Shown here piece after piece: positions 1 through 12,119 of a stretch of 64,000 nt of DNA. The notes beneath the pieces are model-generated. The model searched no databases. It was not told where the DNA came from and worked only from the letters and a program-made list of their open reading frames with translations. Within the stretch, counting starts at the first letter, position 1, and the number at the start of each line of letters is the position of its first letter. Origin of the DNA: Octopus vulgaris (taxonomy: Eukaryota); contig OX597830.1 of assembly GCA_951406725.2 (NCBI GenBank), positions 10,602,001-10,666,000 on the forward strand, given 5' to 3'. The translations under genes were made by a program, and so were the position numbers.

Positions 1-563
1 GGTGCAGCCCTCTGCTGGCTAGGTCATGCTCACAGTCTTCTGGGACCAGGACGGAGTAGTGAAGACAGATTTCCTGGCAAAGGGCACCACAATTACAGGA
101 GCCTATTATGCTTCACCTTTGAGGAAATTAAGAGAAGCTATCAAAATCAAGAGGCGGGGCAAGATCAGCAAAGGCATCCTCCTCCTGCAGGACAACGCTC
201 CGGTCCACAACTCGCTTGTCACCAGATCAGAAGCACAGGTGTGCGGCTATGAAATCCCCCCCTTCCCCCTACTCTCCTGGCCTTGCACCCTCTCATTTTC
301 ACCTCTTCCCAGCCATGAAGTTGTTTTTGAAAGGAAAGCGTTTCCCAAATGATGCAGCCTTGATTTCTGAAGTCATGTCGTGGTTGGAGGACCAAGCTGG
401 GGTCTTCTACAAAAACGGTCTCCAGAGCTGCATCAAACGATGGGAGAAATGTGTAACTCTGGGTGGTTCCTATGTAGAAAAAGACTAATAACTGTGCTAA
501 GTTTCGTTGCTCTACTGCTATGGGAAGTGGGTCAGGGGCATTACTTATTGAACGCCCCTCGTA
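1..563 (+). mobile_element. mariner (DD34D) transposon, 3' part with frameshifted transposase and right TIR
   Basis: ORFs 26..352 and 216..488 join by frameshift: MLTVFWD...TITGAYY...LLLQDNAPVH...PYSPGLAPSHFHLFP...RWEKCVTLGGSYVEK (YSPDLAPSD motif mutated). Ends CATTACTTATTGAACGCCCCTCG+TA, a mariner-type TIR with TA target. Confidence 0.93.
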
Positions 564-1417
564 TGTATATGGGTATTCCATTTTTATATGTGTGTGTGTA
601 AGTGTATACACATACATATATACACACATACACACACATATGTGCATAAGTGTATTGCACTTTTACGTGTGTGTGTGTGTCTGTATCTGTGTATAGGCAT
701 ACATACATACACATATAAACATGTAACACATACGTGTAGGTGTATAATATACATATATACATGAATACATACTCATATATATCTATGAATATATATACAT
801 GATACACACACATACACACACATATGTATATAAGTGTATTTCATTCTTATATGTGTGTGTGTAAGTGTATACACATACATATATACACACAAACATGCAA
901 CACACACGTGTGTGCATATAACATACAAATATACATGTATATATACACACATATATGTCTATGAATGCATACATGATATATACACACATATATGCACAGA
1001 TATACTTATATACATGTATACACACATATGTGTGTATAAAAAGGGAGAAGGGGGGACTGTAAATACACTTCTACTGTAAACAAGTACAAAAAACAAGAAT
1101 GTATACAAAAGTGTATGCGTGTGTAAGGGCGTGGATGTATGTATGTCTAATTGCATGTTTGTATATACGTCACCCCATGTTCGTGTGTGTGAGTGTGTGT
1201 GTGTGGTTGTGTGTGAAAAGCTGAAGTTGACCAAGTGACAAATGTTTCAAACCCACACCTAGTCAAAACACTGAAATATTTGCTTATTATGAAGTCAATG
1301 ATAAACATCTAAAAACCTGTATTATGACAGGACATTTTGTATACATTTTCTTTTTATTACTTCACACAAGACCCACAAATATGTGTATGTGTCTGTGCGT
1401 GCGTGTGTGTGTTTTTA

Positions 1418-1632
1418 TACGAAGGGGTACTGAAAAGTTCGTTGCTCTAAGGGTATCATGAAAGGCCCAACATTCTGAGTTCTTTTACAGGGCGGATAAA
1501 AAGTGAAGGGTGCAGCAATAAGGGTGTGAATCTGAGAGGGAGATGTGTTGAATAAAATCCTTAATTAACTGATCCTCCTGTTATTTTCTTTTAACCAAAG
1601 CCAGGATGTTTGCAACCTGCCCCCCTTGTGTA
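1418..1632. mobile_element. degenerate mariner-type MITE
   Basis: TA-CGAAGGGGTACTGAAAAGTTC at left and AGCCAGGATGTTTGCAACCTGCCCCCCTTGTG-TA at right form decayed inverted termini; no ORF. Confidence 0.5.
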
Positions 1633-1750
1633 TTCTTTTATTCTTTTATTTATTTAAGTCAACTGACTGCAGTCCTATATATATATATATATATACATAC
1701 ATACATGTGTGTGTGTGTGTGTATATATGCATATATATATATATATATAT

Positions 1751-2631
1751 GGTGGATGCACAGAGAGTATCACCACTAGAATACGAATAGCCTGGGCAAA
1801 GTTCAGAAAGCTCCTACCCCTACTGGCAACAAAAGGTCTCTCCCTCAGAGCAAAAGGTAGATTGTATGATGCATGTGTGCGAACTGCCATGCTTCACGGT
1901 AATGAAACATGGGCTGTGACTGCAGAAGACATGCGTAGACTTGAAAGAAATGAAGCTAGCATGATCCGCTGGATGTGTAGTGTCAGTGTGCACGCAAAAC
2001 AGAGTGTAAGTATCCTGAGAGAAATGCTGGATATAAGAAGCATCAGATGTGGTGTGCAAGAGCGACGCTTGCGATGGTATGGTCATGTGCTGCGGATGGA
2101 TGAAGAGAGATGTGTGAAGAAGTGCCACTCCCAAACAGTTGAAGGTATCAGGGGGAGAGGTAGACCCAGGAAGACATGGGATGAGGTGGTCAAGCATGAC
2201 CTCAGAGCATTGGGCCTCACTGAGGCAATGGCGAAGAACCGAGATCTCTGGAGATATGCTGTGACTACAAAGACCCGGGCTGCTTTCTGCAGCAATTCCA
2301 CATACCCCCTACCCATTCTAAGTACCCCGGATCCCCAAAGTACCCTGGATCCCCAAAGTACCCCGATCCCCAAAGTACCCCGGACCTCGTTGCCCCCGTG
2401 CCGCTGACACGTTAAAATGCTCGAACCGATCGTGACGATGCCGGACCCTCCGGCCCCTGTGCAGGTGGCACGTAAAAAGCACCCAATCCACTCACGGAGT
2501 GGTTGGCGTTAGGAAGGGCATCCAGCCGTAGAAACTCTGCCAGATTCAGACTGGAGCCTGGAGCGGCCCCTGGCTTCCCAGACCCGGTTGAACCGTCCAA
2601 CCCGTGCTAGCGCGGAAAGCGGACGTTAAAC

Positions 2632-2667
<36 letters not shown>
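1751..2667 (+). mobile_element. 5'-truncated RTE-type LINE (ORF C-terminus, 3' UTR, (GAT)n tail)
   Basis: RIRIAWAKFRKLLPLL...LYDACVRTAMLHGNETW...RRLRWYGHVLRM...GRGRPRKTW...DLW is the typical post-RT region of RTE LINEs. Ends GCGGACGTTAAAC(GAT)n and is flanked by (TA)n on both sides. Confidence 0.92.
2320..2385 (+). repeat. 18-bp tandem repeat (about 3.5 copies) in LINE 3' UTR
   Basis: AAGTACCCCGGATCCCCA repeated. Confidence 0.85.
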
Positions 2668-2721
<54 letters not shown>

Positions 2722-2740
2722 ATATACATATATATATATA

Positions 2741-2872
2741 TGGTTGTTGTTGCTTGGCCTAACTCATCGTAGAGCAAATACCATCCTGAGCGACATCCAG
2801 ACGACAGTGGAGAAGACAAGCTACTGGATTTGGTTAAAAAGAGACGATGAACAATGACTAGAAGACTATTGA
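2741..2872 (+). mobile_element. C-terminal fragment of an RLE-type (HERO-like) non-LTR retrotransposon
   Basis: LLLLGLTHRRANTILSDIQTTVEKTSYWIWLKRDDEQ resembles the LG...AExxSxWLWLKRxDxxW end of HERO-clade ORFs (recalled motif, not searched). Confidence 0.55.
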
Positions 2873-2888
2873 GTGAAATATAGTAACC

Positions 2889-3107
2889 TATTTCTTTACT
2901 ACCCACAAGGGGCTAAACATGGAGGGGACAAACGGATTAAGTCCATTACATCAACCCCAGTGCATAACTGGTACTTATTTAATCGACCCCGAAAGGATGA
3001 AAGGCAAAGTCGACCTCGGCGGAATTTGAACTCAGAACGTAGCGACAGACGAAATATGGCTACGCATTTCACCCGGCGTGCTAATGTTTCTGCCAGCTCG
3101 CCGCCTT
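2889..3107 (-). mobile_element. tRNA-derived SINE family M, tail type B
   Basis: Head GGCGGCGAGCTGGCAGAAAC...GAGTTCAAATTCC (A/B boxes), core GTCGACTTTGCCTTTCATCCTTTCGGGGTCGAT, tail ...GGGTAGTAAAGAAATA. 16-bp TSD GTGAAATATAGTAACC at 2873-2888 and 3108-3123. Confidence 0.92.
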
Positions 3108-3379
3108 GTGAAATATAGTAACCGTCTGATCTAGCAAGTGGGTTTTCGGGTTCAGTTCCATTGCATGGTACCTCGGGTAAGGGTCTTCTAATATAATGAG
3201 TTTCAGATCTGATGCTAATTTTAGCCTTTTCTAAAAATATTAGTTTCCTTACCAACGTTGTCATTAAGCCATCAAGTTATGATGAATTTTGGGCCAAGGT
3301 ATAGTAACTGTGGTTCTGTGAAAGGGTTCCAGTCAGATCTATGAGAAATGGTTAAATAACAACAATGGGGCCTCTATGT

Positions 3380-4045
3380 ATTTCTTTTATTTCCATTTAC
3401 TTGTTTCTTATTTCTTTACTACCCACAAGGGGCTAAACATAGAGGGGACAAACAAGGACAGACAAAAGGATTAAGTCGATTACATCAACCCCAGTGCATA
3501 ACTGGTACTTAATTTATCGAGCCCAAAAGGATGAAAGGCAAAGTTGACCTCAGTGAAATTTGAACTCAGAATGTAACGGCAGACAAAACACCGCTAAACA
3601 TTTCACCCAGCGTGCTAACAATTCTGCCAGCTCACCACCTTCCATTTATTTGTTTCTGTCATTAGACTGTGGCCATGCTGGAGCGCTGCCTTGAAAAATT
3701 TTTAGTCGAATGAATTGACTTAATACAGTGTTGTATTTTTAAAGCCTAGTACTTATTCTATCGGAGTCTTTTACTGGACTGCTAAGTTAAGGAGACGTGA
3801 ACACACCAACATCGGTTGTCAAGCAGTGGTGGAGGATAAACAGCGACCAAGAGACACATCCACCCACACACTCACTCATATACACAACAGGCTTCTTTCA
3901 GTTTCCATCTACCAAATCCACTCACAAGGCTCTGGTCGGCCCAAGGCTACAGTAGAAGACACCTGCCCAAGGTGCCACGCTGTGAGACTGAACCTGAGAG
4001 TATGTGGTTGGGAAGCAAGCTTCTTACCACACAGCCATGCCTGTG
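3380..4045 (-). mobile_element. dominant tRNA/CORE-like SINE (family O) with nested family-M SINE at 3409-3639
   Basis: Family O head ...GGCTGTGTGGTAAGAAGCTTGC and ACCTTGGGCAAG core. The nested copy has an 18-bp TSD TTCCATTTA(C/T)TTGTTTCT. Confidence 0.88.
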
Positions 4046-4668
4046 TCTGTGATGTTGGTCATAGGATTTGTTTAGTTGTTGTGTTTGTCAGTGATATTGG
4101 CTGGAAGAGAATTGGCGAATGAGTGATTCCTTTGAATCTAAAGAAATTTATATGTGACACATTTATTATTATTATGGCCAATACGGTTATGGCAGCATTG
4201 GTAAGCGGTAGAAACAATGAAGATATCAACAGAGCATAAATCTCTCTAGTCTTGATTGTCCTAATCATCTTGCTGTGACAGCTTGTTGATGTGTGATGTG
4301 TGAGGTGCAAGGCATATAAACATCCCCTGAGAACGCAGCAGCTAAAAGTCGATCTCTTCCTCAATAGAAAGAAGATTGAATGTATGACCAACAATGAAGA
4401 TAAAAGACGTCTGCCAATTTGTTCCAATGATGGCATACAACTTGAGGAAGTGACTTCAAATGCTTGAGAGTCCTGTGTTAACTGACAATAAGACTTCCTT
4501 ACTTGGAAGAGACTAGTCTGATGTGCTTATGTAACAAGGCTTAGGACTGAAACCTCACAGCTTTGATAACTGGGTCCAGTCCACACTTGAGTCAGGAGAC
4601 CTGCCCTGATTACCAAACATTCAGCTTGTACATATATTACCCCATATTATAATTTGTTCCTTTGCTAT

Positions 4669-4890
4669 GGCGGCGAGCTGGCAGAATCGTTAGCATGCCA
4701 GGTGAAATGTCGAGTGGTATTTCATTTGCCATTACGTTCTGTGTTCAAATTCCGCTGAAGTCAACTTTGCCTTTCATCCTTTCGGGGTCGATTAAATAAG
4801 TACCAGTTACACACTGGGGTCAATATAATCGACTTTGTCTGTCCTTGTTTGTCCCCTCTATATTTGGCCCCCTGTGGGCAATAAAGAAAT
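4669..4890 (+). mobile_element. SINE family M, tail type B
   Basis: Same head, core and tail as 2889-3107. Confidence 0.9.
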
Positions 4891-5164
4891 GAATATGTCC
4901 CTTTGGTTTTCTAGTTACATAGGCTCAGCACATGTAAGAAAACCAGAAATTGGCACCAGAAAGTGAAGTCCTTACTTCAACAAATTTTCCTCAACTGAAG
5001 TTTAACCCTGAGTTCAAAGGAATCCTTCAACTAAGATGGACAAGCATTATACCCACCCCTCACATGAAGCTACTTTTTCTCAATTGTTTATAGTTTAATT
5101 CCAACTAGATTTGGTTCCAGTACTCTACATTATGCGACTGGCAAGAAAATTGGAACTATGTCAT

Positions 5165-5530
5165 TGTTAGTTCATTGTTTAACATCCGCTTTCCATGCTG
5201 GCATGAGTTGGACAGTTTGACTGAAAACTGGTAAACCAGGGGTGAGGGGCCGCACCAGGTTCCAGTCTGATTTGGCAAGGTTTCTATGGCTGAATGCTCT
5301 TCGTAACACCAACCAGTCCAAGAGTGTAGTGGATGCATTTTACATGCCACTGACCCAACACCAGCATCAGTCACAACTACAGTCTCACTTGGCTTGACAG
5401 GTCAATACAAGAACAGTATATCGCCAAGGGTCTTGGTAACCTGTCACTACCTCCATGTGGGCCAGTGCTCGAATGGTGCTTTTTACATGCTGCCAGGTGC
5501 CTGTTAGACGGCATTAACATCAGCCACCAC
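5165..5530 (-). mobile_element. RTE LINE 3'-UTR fragment
   Basis: TTTAACATCCGCTTTCCATGCTGGCATGAGTTGGAC matches the reverse complement of the LINE end at 2590-2630. Confidence 0.75.
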
Positions 5531-5661
5531 AACGATTTCCCTATGTAAATATTGCTATTCACCTCAATAAAGTAAAATGTTTGTGATTGGTTTGTCACGA
5601 GACAACATAATACAGCTAAACTTAACAGCAGCCAACAATATCCACAACGCCAGCACAACAC

Positions 5662-5861
5662 CTCTTTTACTCTTTTAATTGTTTCAGTCATTTGTCTGTG
5701 GCCATGCTGGAGCACTACCTTTAGTCAACCAAATCGATCCCAGGACTTATTCTTTGTAAGTCTAGTACTTATTCTATTGGTCTCTTATGCCGAACCGCTA
5801 AGTTACGGGGACGTAAACACACCAGCATCGGTTGTCAAGCGATGTTGGGGGACAAAAACAA

Positions 5862-5913
<52 letters not shown>

Positions 5914-6038
5914 GATAGACTTCTTTCAGTATCCTTCTACCAAATCCACTCACAAGGCTTTGGTGCCACACAGTTGGACTGAACCCAGAACCATATGGTT
6001 GTTAGGCAAGCTACTTACCACACAGCCACTCCTGCGCC
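5662..6038 (-). mobile_element. SINE family O
   Basis: Nearly full-length match to the 42459-42838 copy, with internal (CA)n(TA)n. Confidence 0.9.
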
Positions 6039-6149
6039 TATGTAACAATCTTCAAAATGTCTAGCAAGCAAATAGATAAAAGTCAGCAATACTTGTTTTC
6101 TTCAGGGCTCGAAGAGCATTCTTCCTTATGAAAGCAATACTGGGACTAT

Positions 6150-6580
6150 CTTTTATTTTTTATCCTTTAATTGTTTCAGTCATTGGACTGTGGCCATGCT
6201 GGGGCACCACATTAGAGAATTTTAGTCAAATAAATTAACCCCAGTACTTTTTTTAAGCCTTGTACTTCTTTTTAATAACTGTTTATTTTTTGCCAAACCA
6301 CTAAGTTATGGGGATGTAAACACATTAAACAGAGGTAGGAGACTAACACACACACACACACACACACAGATATACACACAGACACACTGAGATACACACA
6401 CACACACATCAATATGCAACAGGTTTCTTTTAGTTCCTGTCAACCAACTCCACTCACAAAGCTTTAGGCAGCTACAGGCTTATAGTAGAAGTCACTTGTT
6501 CAAGGTGCCACACAATGGAATTGAACCCAGAACCATGTGGTTGAGAAGCAAATTTCTAACCACACAGCTGCACCTACACC
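6150..6580 (-). mobile_element. SINE family O (diverged)
   Basis: Same modules, more substitutions. Confidence 0.8.
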
Positions 6581-6667
6581 CATGAAAAAGGACTGTCAAG
6601 ATCACATGGGCCCCAAAAAGGAGATTTGAAACTTTCTACTCTTCTCTTAACGTTATGATTCAATGCA

Positions 6668-6852
6668 GGTATGCTTAGTGGTATTTCACCCATCGCTACG
6701 TTCGGAGTTCAAATTCCACAGAGGTCCACTTTGTCTTTCATCCTTTTGGGGGTTGATAAATCAAGTACCAGTGAAACACTGGGGTTGATAAAATTGACTA
6801 GTCGCCACCCCACAAATTTGAGGCCTTGTGCCTCCAGTAGAAAGGATTATTC
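6668..6852 (+). mobile_element. SINE family M, tail type A (5'-truncated)
   Basis: Core TTTCATCCTTTTGGGGGTTGATAAA followed by ...AAATTTGAGGCCTTGTGCC...GTAGAAAGGATTATT tail. Confidence 0.8.
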
Positions 6853-7314
6853 AATGCAGGGTAGGCGTTGCTGGCCAATGCTACCAAGCTGAACAACAGG
6901 GCATATTGGATGTTATAGTTTGGAAGCCTCTGTACTCTATCAGAAAGCAACCACTCATCTACATTGATGTTATTGGCAGTGAAGCACAACATGGAACTGA
7001 TGACAAAGCAAAGCTAATGGAGAGAGACTGCTGATGTGGCATCATAATAAGATGCTTAAAGAAGAAGTATTTGATTATAGTAGCATGCATTAATGGCAAA
7101 AGGTAATTATGGTGGAGAAGTGCTGGGAAGTAGTTCAAGTTTTAATTACAGATCTGAAATCTCTTTGATGTTTTGTAAGAACCACTTATAAAAGAGCTGC
7201 AGAGGGGTCTTAAAAACAGCAGTTAAGGAGTGTTCATAGATAACCAAACTAAAGAATTTATTTTGATGAATGTTCTTGGTAGAATTGGCGATGGCATGAC
7301 ATTTCAGGCATGGT

Positions 7315-8421
7315 TTAACTTTTCAACATACAAACCGGTTATATCCGGCTCCAATTCTCAATCTGTTTTATGCTACAAACGACCTGATCTCACCTCTCAT
7401 ACCTGCTCTAAAATCATCATGACCGTCAGCTAATGTTTGTTGTCCAAGCTGGCATGGGTTGGACGGTTTGACCATCGCTGGTAAGTTGGAAGGCTCCAGT
7501 CTGATTCAGCATAGTTTTTCTATGACCGGATGCCCTTCTTAATACCAACCACTCTGAGAGTGTAATGGGTGCTTTTACGTGCCACTAGCACGGGTGCCAT
7601 TTGTGTGACACAGGGGGTGTGTTTATGTGCCACTGGCATGGGTGCCAGTTTGCGTGACACTGGTATCTGCCATGACTGAGGTTTTGCTCGGCTTAATGGG
7701 TCTTCTTCTCAGGCACAACATAATGCCAAAGGTCTTGGTCATTGCCTCTGTGAGGCCCAACACAAGAAGAGGATTCAGCCACTTTGTTTCAGTGAGGCCC
7801 AATACTTGAAAGGAGCTCTTTACATGACACCAGCATGGGTGCCAGTCGCGTGACACCAGCATCACTTAGCTTGAAGGATCATCTCAAGCAAAGTCGTTTA
7901 AAGACTAAACAATCACATCATTAAAATCTCCAAGCTATGAGATGAACCATAATTAATTTAAAATATTAATATTGAAATATTAATATATGATTAATTTAAC
8001 ATAATGTGAATAAATAGATGCAAGTGTGGCTGTGTGGTAAGAAGCTTGCTTCCCAGCCACATGGTTCTAGGTTCAGTCCTTGGGCAAGTCTCTTCAACTA
8101 TAACCTCCGACTGACCAAAGTTTTGTAAGTGGATTTGGTAGACGGAAACTGAAAGAAGCCTCTCATATGTGTGTGTGTGTCTTTGTGTCTTATGTCTCCC
8201 CATCATCGCTTGACAACCGACGTTGGTGTGTCTATGCCGCCATAACTTAGCAATTTGGCAAAACAGACTGATACAGGCATACAAAGAATAAGTCCTGGGG
8301 TCAATTTCTTCAACTAAAGGGCAAAAGACAGTGCTCCAGCATGGCCACACTTACATAACTGAAAGGATAAAAGAATAAATAATTACTGCATTTGACAGTA
8401 ATCTGAATGCAGAAGGGTTAA
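7315..8421. mobile_element. TTAA-flanked (piggyBac-type) MITE interrupted by an RTE tail (7428-7870, minus) and a family O SINE (8018-8375, plus)
   Basis: TTAA-CTTTTCAACATACAAAC ... TCTGAATGCAGAAGGG-TTAA. The same internal sequence recurs at 25900-26260 and 37055-37217. Confidence 0.65.
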
Positions 8422-8619
8422 GGAAATCAATCTAGCAGACCATTTTTTTGCCTGTTTCTTTGATTCAAGGAATAAATTCTTCACCATAAAATGTATATTT
8501 AGCCTCACACAGGTGTGATGATGTTGAAAGCGTTTATGGTTTATAGAAAGCATTGTGAAGAGGAGTGGAAACGTGTAAAGTGGATGTTTGTATATGTGTT
8601 TGAGTTAAGAAATATATGT

Positions 8620-9650
8620 ATGAGAGAGAGAGAGCGAGAGAGAAGAGAAGAGAGCAAGGAAGACAGAGTGAGAAGAAAGACAGAGAGAAGAAAGACAGAG
8701 AGAAGAAATGGAGAGAGTGAGAGAGATTGTGTGAGAGAGAGAGGAGAGCAAGAGTGAGACTGTGAAAGAGAGAGGAGAGCAAGAGTGAGACTGTGAGAGA
8801 GAGAGAGGAGAGCAAGAGTGAGACAGTGAGAGAGACAAAGAGAGAGAGACAGAGTGAGAGAGAAGAAAGGGTGAGAGAAAGACAGGAAAGAGTGAAAGAG
8901 ACAGAGTGAGACAGAGAGAGAGAGAGAGAGAGAGAAAAGCGAGCAAGAAAGGCAGGGTGAGAGAGACAGAGTGAGAGAGAAGAAGAAAGGGAGAATGAAG
9001 AGAGAGTGAGAGAGACAGTGTAAGAGAGAGACATGAGAGCAAGAGAGACAGAGTGAGAGAGAAGAGAGGGAGAGAAAAGAGAGAGTGAGAGAGGAGAGAG
9101 AGAGAGAAGAAGAGAAAGACAGAGTGAGAGAGAACAAGAGAGATGCAGAGGGAGAAATGTAAAAGGCGGTATGTGGGGTGATGGGGTGAGTGAAAATGAA
9201 ATGCAGAGTGTGGGGGAGGGGAGAGTTGTAAAGGTGGGGACGGAGGAATTGATCAATAAATTTGGTAAAACAGAGACAGATGCACCGACAAAGAAAGAAA
9301 AGGAAAGCAAAATAAAAAGAGAAGAAGAAAAAGAAGGAACAAAATAAAGAGAAAAATGAAAGAAAAACAAAGAAGAAATGACAAATAAAAAAAATGAAAA
9401 GAAGAAAGGAAGGAAAGAAGAGGAAAAAGCAATGAATAAAAATAAAGGGGGAGAGGGAATGAGAGTGAAAGTAAGAAGGATAAAGAGAGGGAGAGTATCT
9501 ATAAAGGGGAAGGAACAGTGTATATATATATATGGAGAGAGAGAGGGGGAGCAGGAGAGAGAGTGAAAGAGATGACGAGAGAGAGAGAGAGAGGAAGGAA
9601 GAGTGATGTTGCAATGCGGGGTGGGGGGTGGAAGAGTAGAGAGCAATTAA
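8620..9650. repeat. purine-rich (GA)n low-complexity tract with about 30-bp degenerate units
   Basis: GAGAGAGGAGAGCAAGAGTGAGACTGTGA repeated, then A/G-rich sequence. Confidence 0.85.
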
Positions 9651-9905
9651 TTTAACTAAGTATTCTAATTAATAATCCAGGTAATTAATATCCAGGTAAG
9701 AAACCTGCTAAGATAGGGGAATAAAATGAAAAGAGGGATAAAAATAAAAAAAAAAAAGAAAAAAGAAAATGGCAAAAACAAGGAACAATTGGACAGAGTT
9801 GATGTAATTACAGCACGGAAGAAAGGAAAGACATATATATATACACACACACACACACCTGTATTTATATATATATATACACACACACACACACATATAT
9901 ATATG

Positions 9906-9937
<32 letters not shown>

Positions 9938-10132
9938 CATATATATATATATACATATACACATACACACACATATACATATATATATATATACACACAC
10001 AATAATGCGTGAACGTATGTATGTATGTATGCACATGTGTGTACATATATAAATATGTTTGTATGTATATAGAATATATGTATATATGTATGCATCTATG
10101 TGTTCATTGATATATGCCCATATATGTATATG

Positions 10133-10163
<31 letters not shown>

Positions 10164-10734
10164 AACATGCAGACATGTTCACACTTATACATCTCAAATT
10201 TTAATATTAATGAAACTAAATGAAAAAAACAAAATTCTCTATTCCTTCACCCTACCCCACCCAATAGATAAATAAGATAAAATAAAATAAAATAAAATGA
10301 AATAAAATAAAATAGAATAAGAAAGAAATAAAAATTTGAAAAGATGAGTTCTTTATTCTTCCACACAACAATGGATGCGGCAGTAGTGCTTCACTTGAGT
10401 CTGGGAACTATCTTACTAATTTCCAGAATAATTACCGTAGACTAACAAGTGTAAGAGACTAACAGACGGATCTGTATAATTCTGCTTATCACAAAATATT
10501 AACAATAATATCATCTGAACACATCTGAATAAAATTCCTTCTTTCAGTTAATAATTTTATATAATTTTTAGAAAATAAATAAAGAATTTTTCTTTTCTTT
10601 TTTTTTTCTTTTTTAAATGCCAATGTTGTAATAATTGGCAAATATTCTGGTCTAAGAATGGTTCAAAAGATTGCCATTGTTTGGTTTACTTCATAAGATA
10701 GACGAAGCTAAAAAGGATTTCGGAGTTTTATCAT

Positions 10735-10956
10735 TACTCTCTCTTTTACTCCTTTCACTTGTTTCAGTCATTTGACTGCGGCCATGCTGGAGCACCGCCT
10801 TTAGTAGAGCAAATCGACCCCAGGACTTATTCTTTGTAAGCCCAGTACTTATTCTATCGGTCTCTTTTGCCAAACCACTAAGTGACGGGGACGTAAACAC
10901 ACCAGCATCGGTTATCAAGCAATGCTAGGGGAACAAACACAGACACACAAACACAT

Positions 10957-11011
<55 letters not shown>

Positions 11012-11176
11012 TACGATAGGCTTCTTTCAGTTTCCGTCTACCAAATCCACTCACAAGGCAATGGTCGGCCCGCGGCTATAGCAGAAAACACTTGCCCAAG
11101 ATGCCACGCAGTGGGACTGAACCTGGAACCATGTGGTTGGTTAGCAAGCTACTAACCACACAGCCACTCCTGCGCC
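10735..11176 (-). mobile_element. SINE family O (young)
   Basis: Full-length with intact CpGs. Confidence 0.92.
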
Positions 11177-11563
11177 TATTTTTGGATTTTTTTCAGTTAT
11201 TCTTTCTCTTCTATCACTGTCCTGCTCTAATTTTCTTTCATCTCTCTCTTTCTCTTTCTCTGTGCCATTGTCTTGGTCAAGTCTCTTCTCTCCCATCTCC
11301 TTGCAGACTACTATCACATATACAATTATTTACTCTCTAACACCATCTCACTCTAATTCCATTTCCTCACACACCATTGCTCTCTCTCTCTCTCTCTCTA
11401 CTTCCTCAACTTCTCTCTCTCCCTTCCCTTGTCTCTTTCTTTCATCATTCGCCCTCCTCTATTCCTTTCTCTCTCTCTCTCTCTTTCTCTCTCAGCCTCC
11501 TCTTGGTCAAGTTGCTACTCTCCAAGCACCTTACAAACCACCAACATGCCCATAACTCTATAA

Positions 11564-11613
<50 letters not shown>

Positions 11614-11617
<4 letters not shown>

Positions 11618-11652
11618 CGGACGCTAAACGATGATGATGATGATGATGATGA

Positions 11653-11656
<4 letters not shown>
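11614..11656 (+). mobile_element. extremely 5'-truncated RTE insertion
   Basis: AAAGCGGACGCTAAAC(GAT)n embedded in (TA)n. Confidence 0.8.
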
Positions 11657-11686
<30 letters not shown>

Positions 11687-11744
11687 ATCTGCCTGCCTGA
11701 CTGTCTGCCTACCTATCTATCTATCTATCTATCCATCTATCTAA

Positions 11745-12056
11745 CTGAGGTATTTTGTCGTCGTCATCGTCATCATTATTATTCAGGTCACTGCTTGGCA
11801 TCGAACTCGGAATCTTCGGGTTAGTAGCCCACGCTCTTAACCACTACACCATATTCCCATGGGCACTGTATATGAGTGGGGGCTCTTCGTTGACACTCAG
11901 TGTGAGTAAATACTCACGGTTGTCTGATGATCAAAATACATGAAACTCTGCCTGATAGTTTGTGAAGAATTTTCAGCTTCAATACAGTACCTTACTCTAC
12001 TTTTGGCACTTGAGTACGATTTCTTTTCCCCACCCCTGTTTTGCACTTCCCTACGA
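11745..12056. mobile_element. repeat with a minus-strand tRNA-like unit (11786-11858) and a plus-strand degenerate hammerhead-like motif (11920-11958)
   Basis: Minus: GGGAATATGGTGTAGTGGTTAAGAGC...CTACTAA...GAGTTCGATGCC...GTGACC. Plus: TGT-CTGATGA-TCAAAATACAT-GAAA-CTCTGCCTG-ATAG. A partial second copy lies at 14281-14403. Confidence 0.65.
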
Positions 12057-12119
12057 ACGTGTGTGTGTGTGTGTGTGTGCATATATATATATATGTACAC
12101 ACATATAAATGGAGGCATT

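Larger units (their letters stand above)
4230..7050 (+). mobile_element. old fragmented RTE-like LINE (pieces at about 4230-4540, 6040-6150, 6860-7050) split by younger insertions
   Basis: Collinear decayed peptides: ENAAAK/VDLFLNRKKIECM...DGIQLEEV.FK; NNLQNV*...VFFRA..SILPYES; CYQAEQQGILDVIVWKP...IYIDVI...LMERD. Confidence 0.6.

Noticed and set aside
1709-2407. Host gene of 232 aa
   Set aside because: The start lies in a microsatellite and the body is a truncated LINE ORF reading into its UTR.
8534-9646. 370-aa and 357-aa Leu/Ser/Phe ORFs
   Set aside because: Reverse complement of a GA-rich tract; compositional artefact.
10371-10445. Signal-peptide-like micro-ORF MDAAVVLHLSLGTILLISRIITVD
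   Set aside because: Stops after 24 codons and has no convincing in-frame donor.
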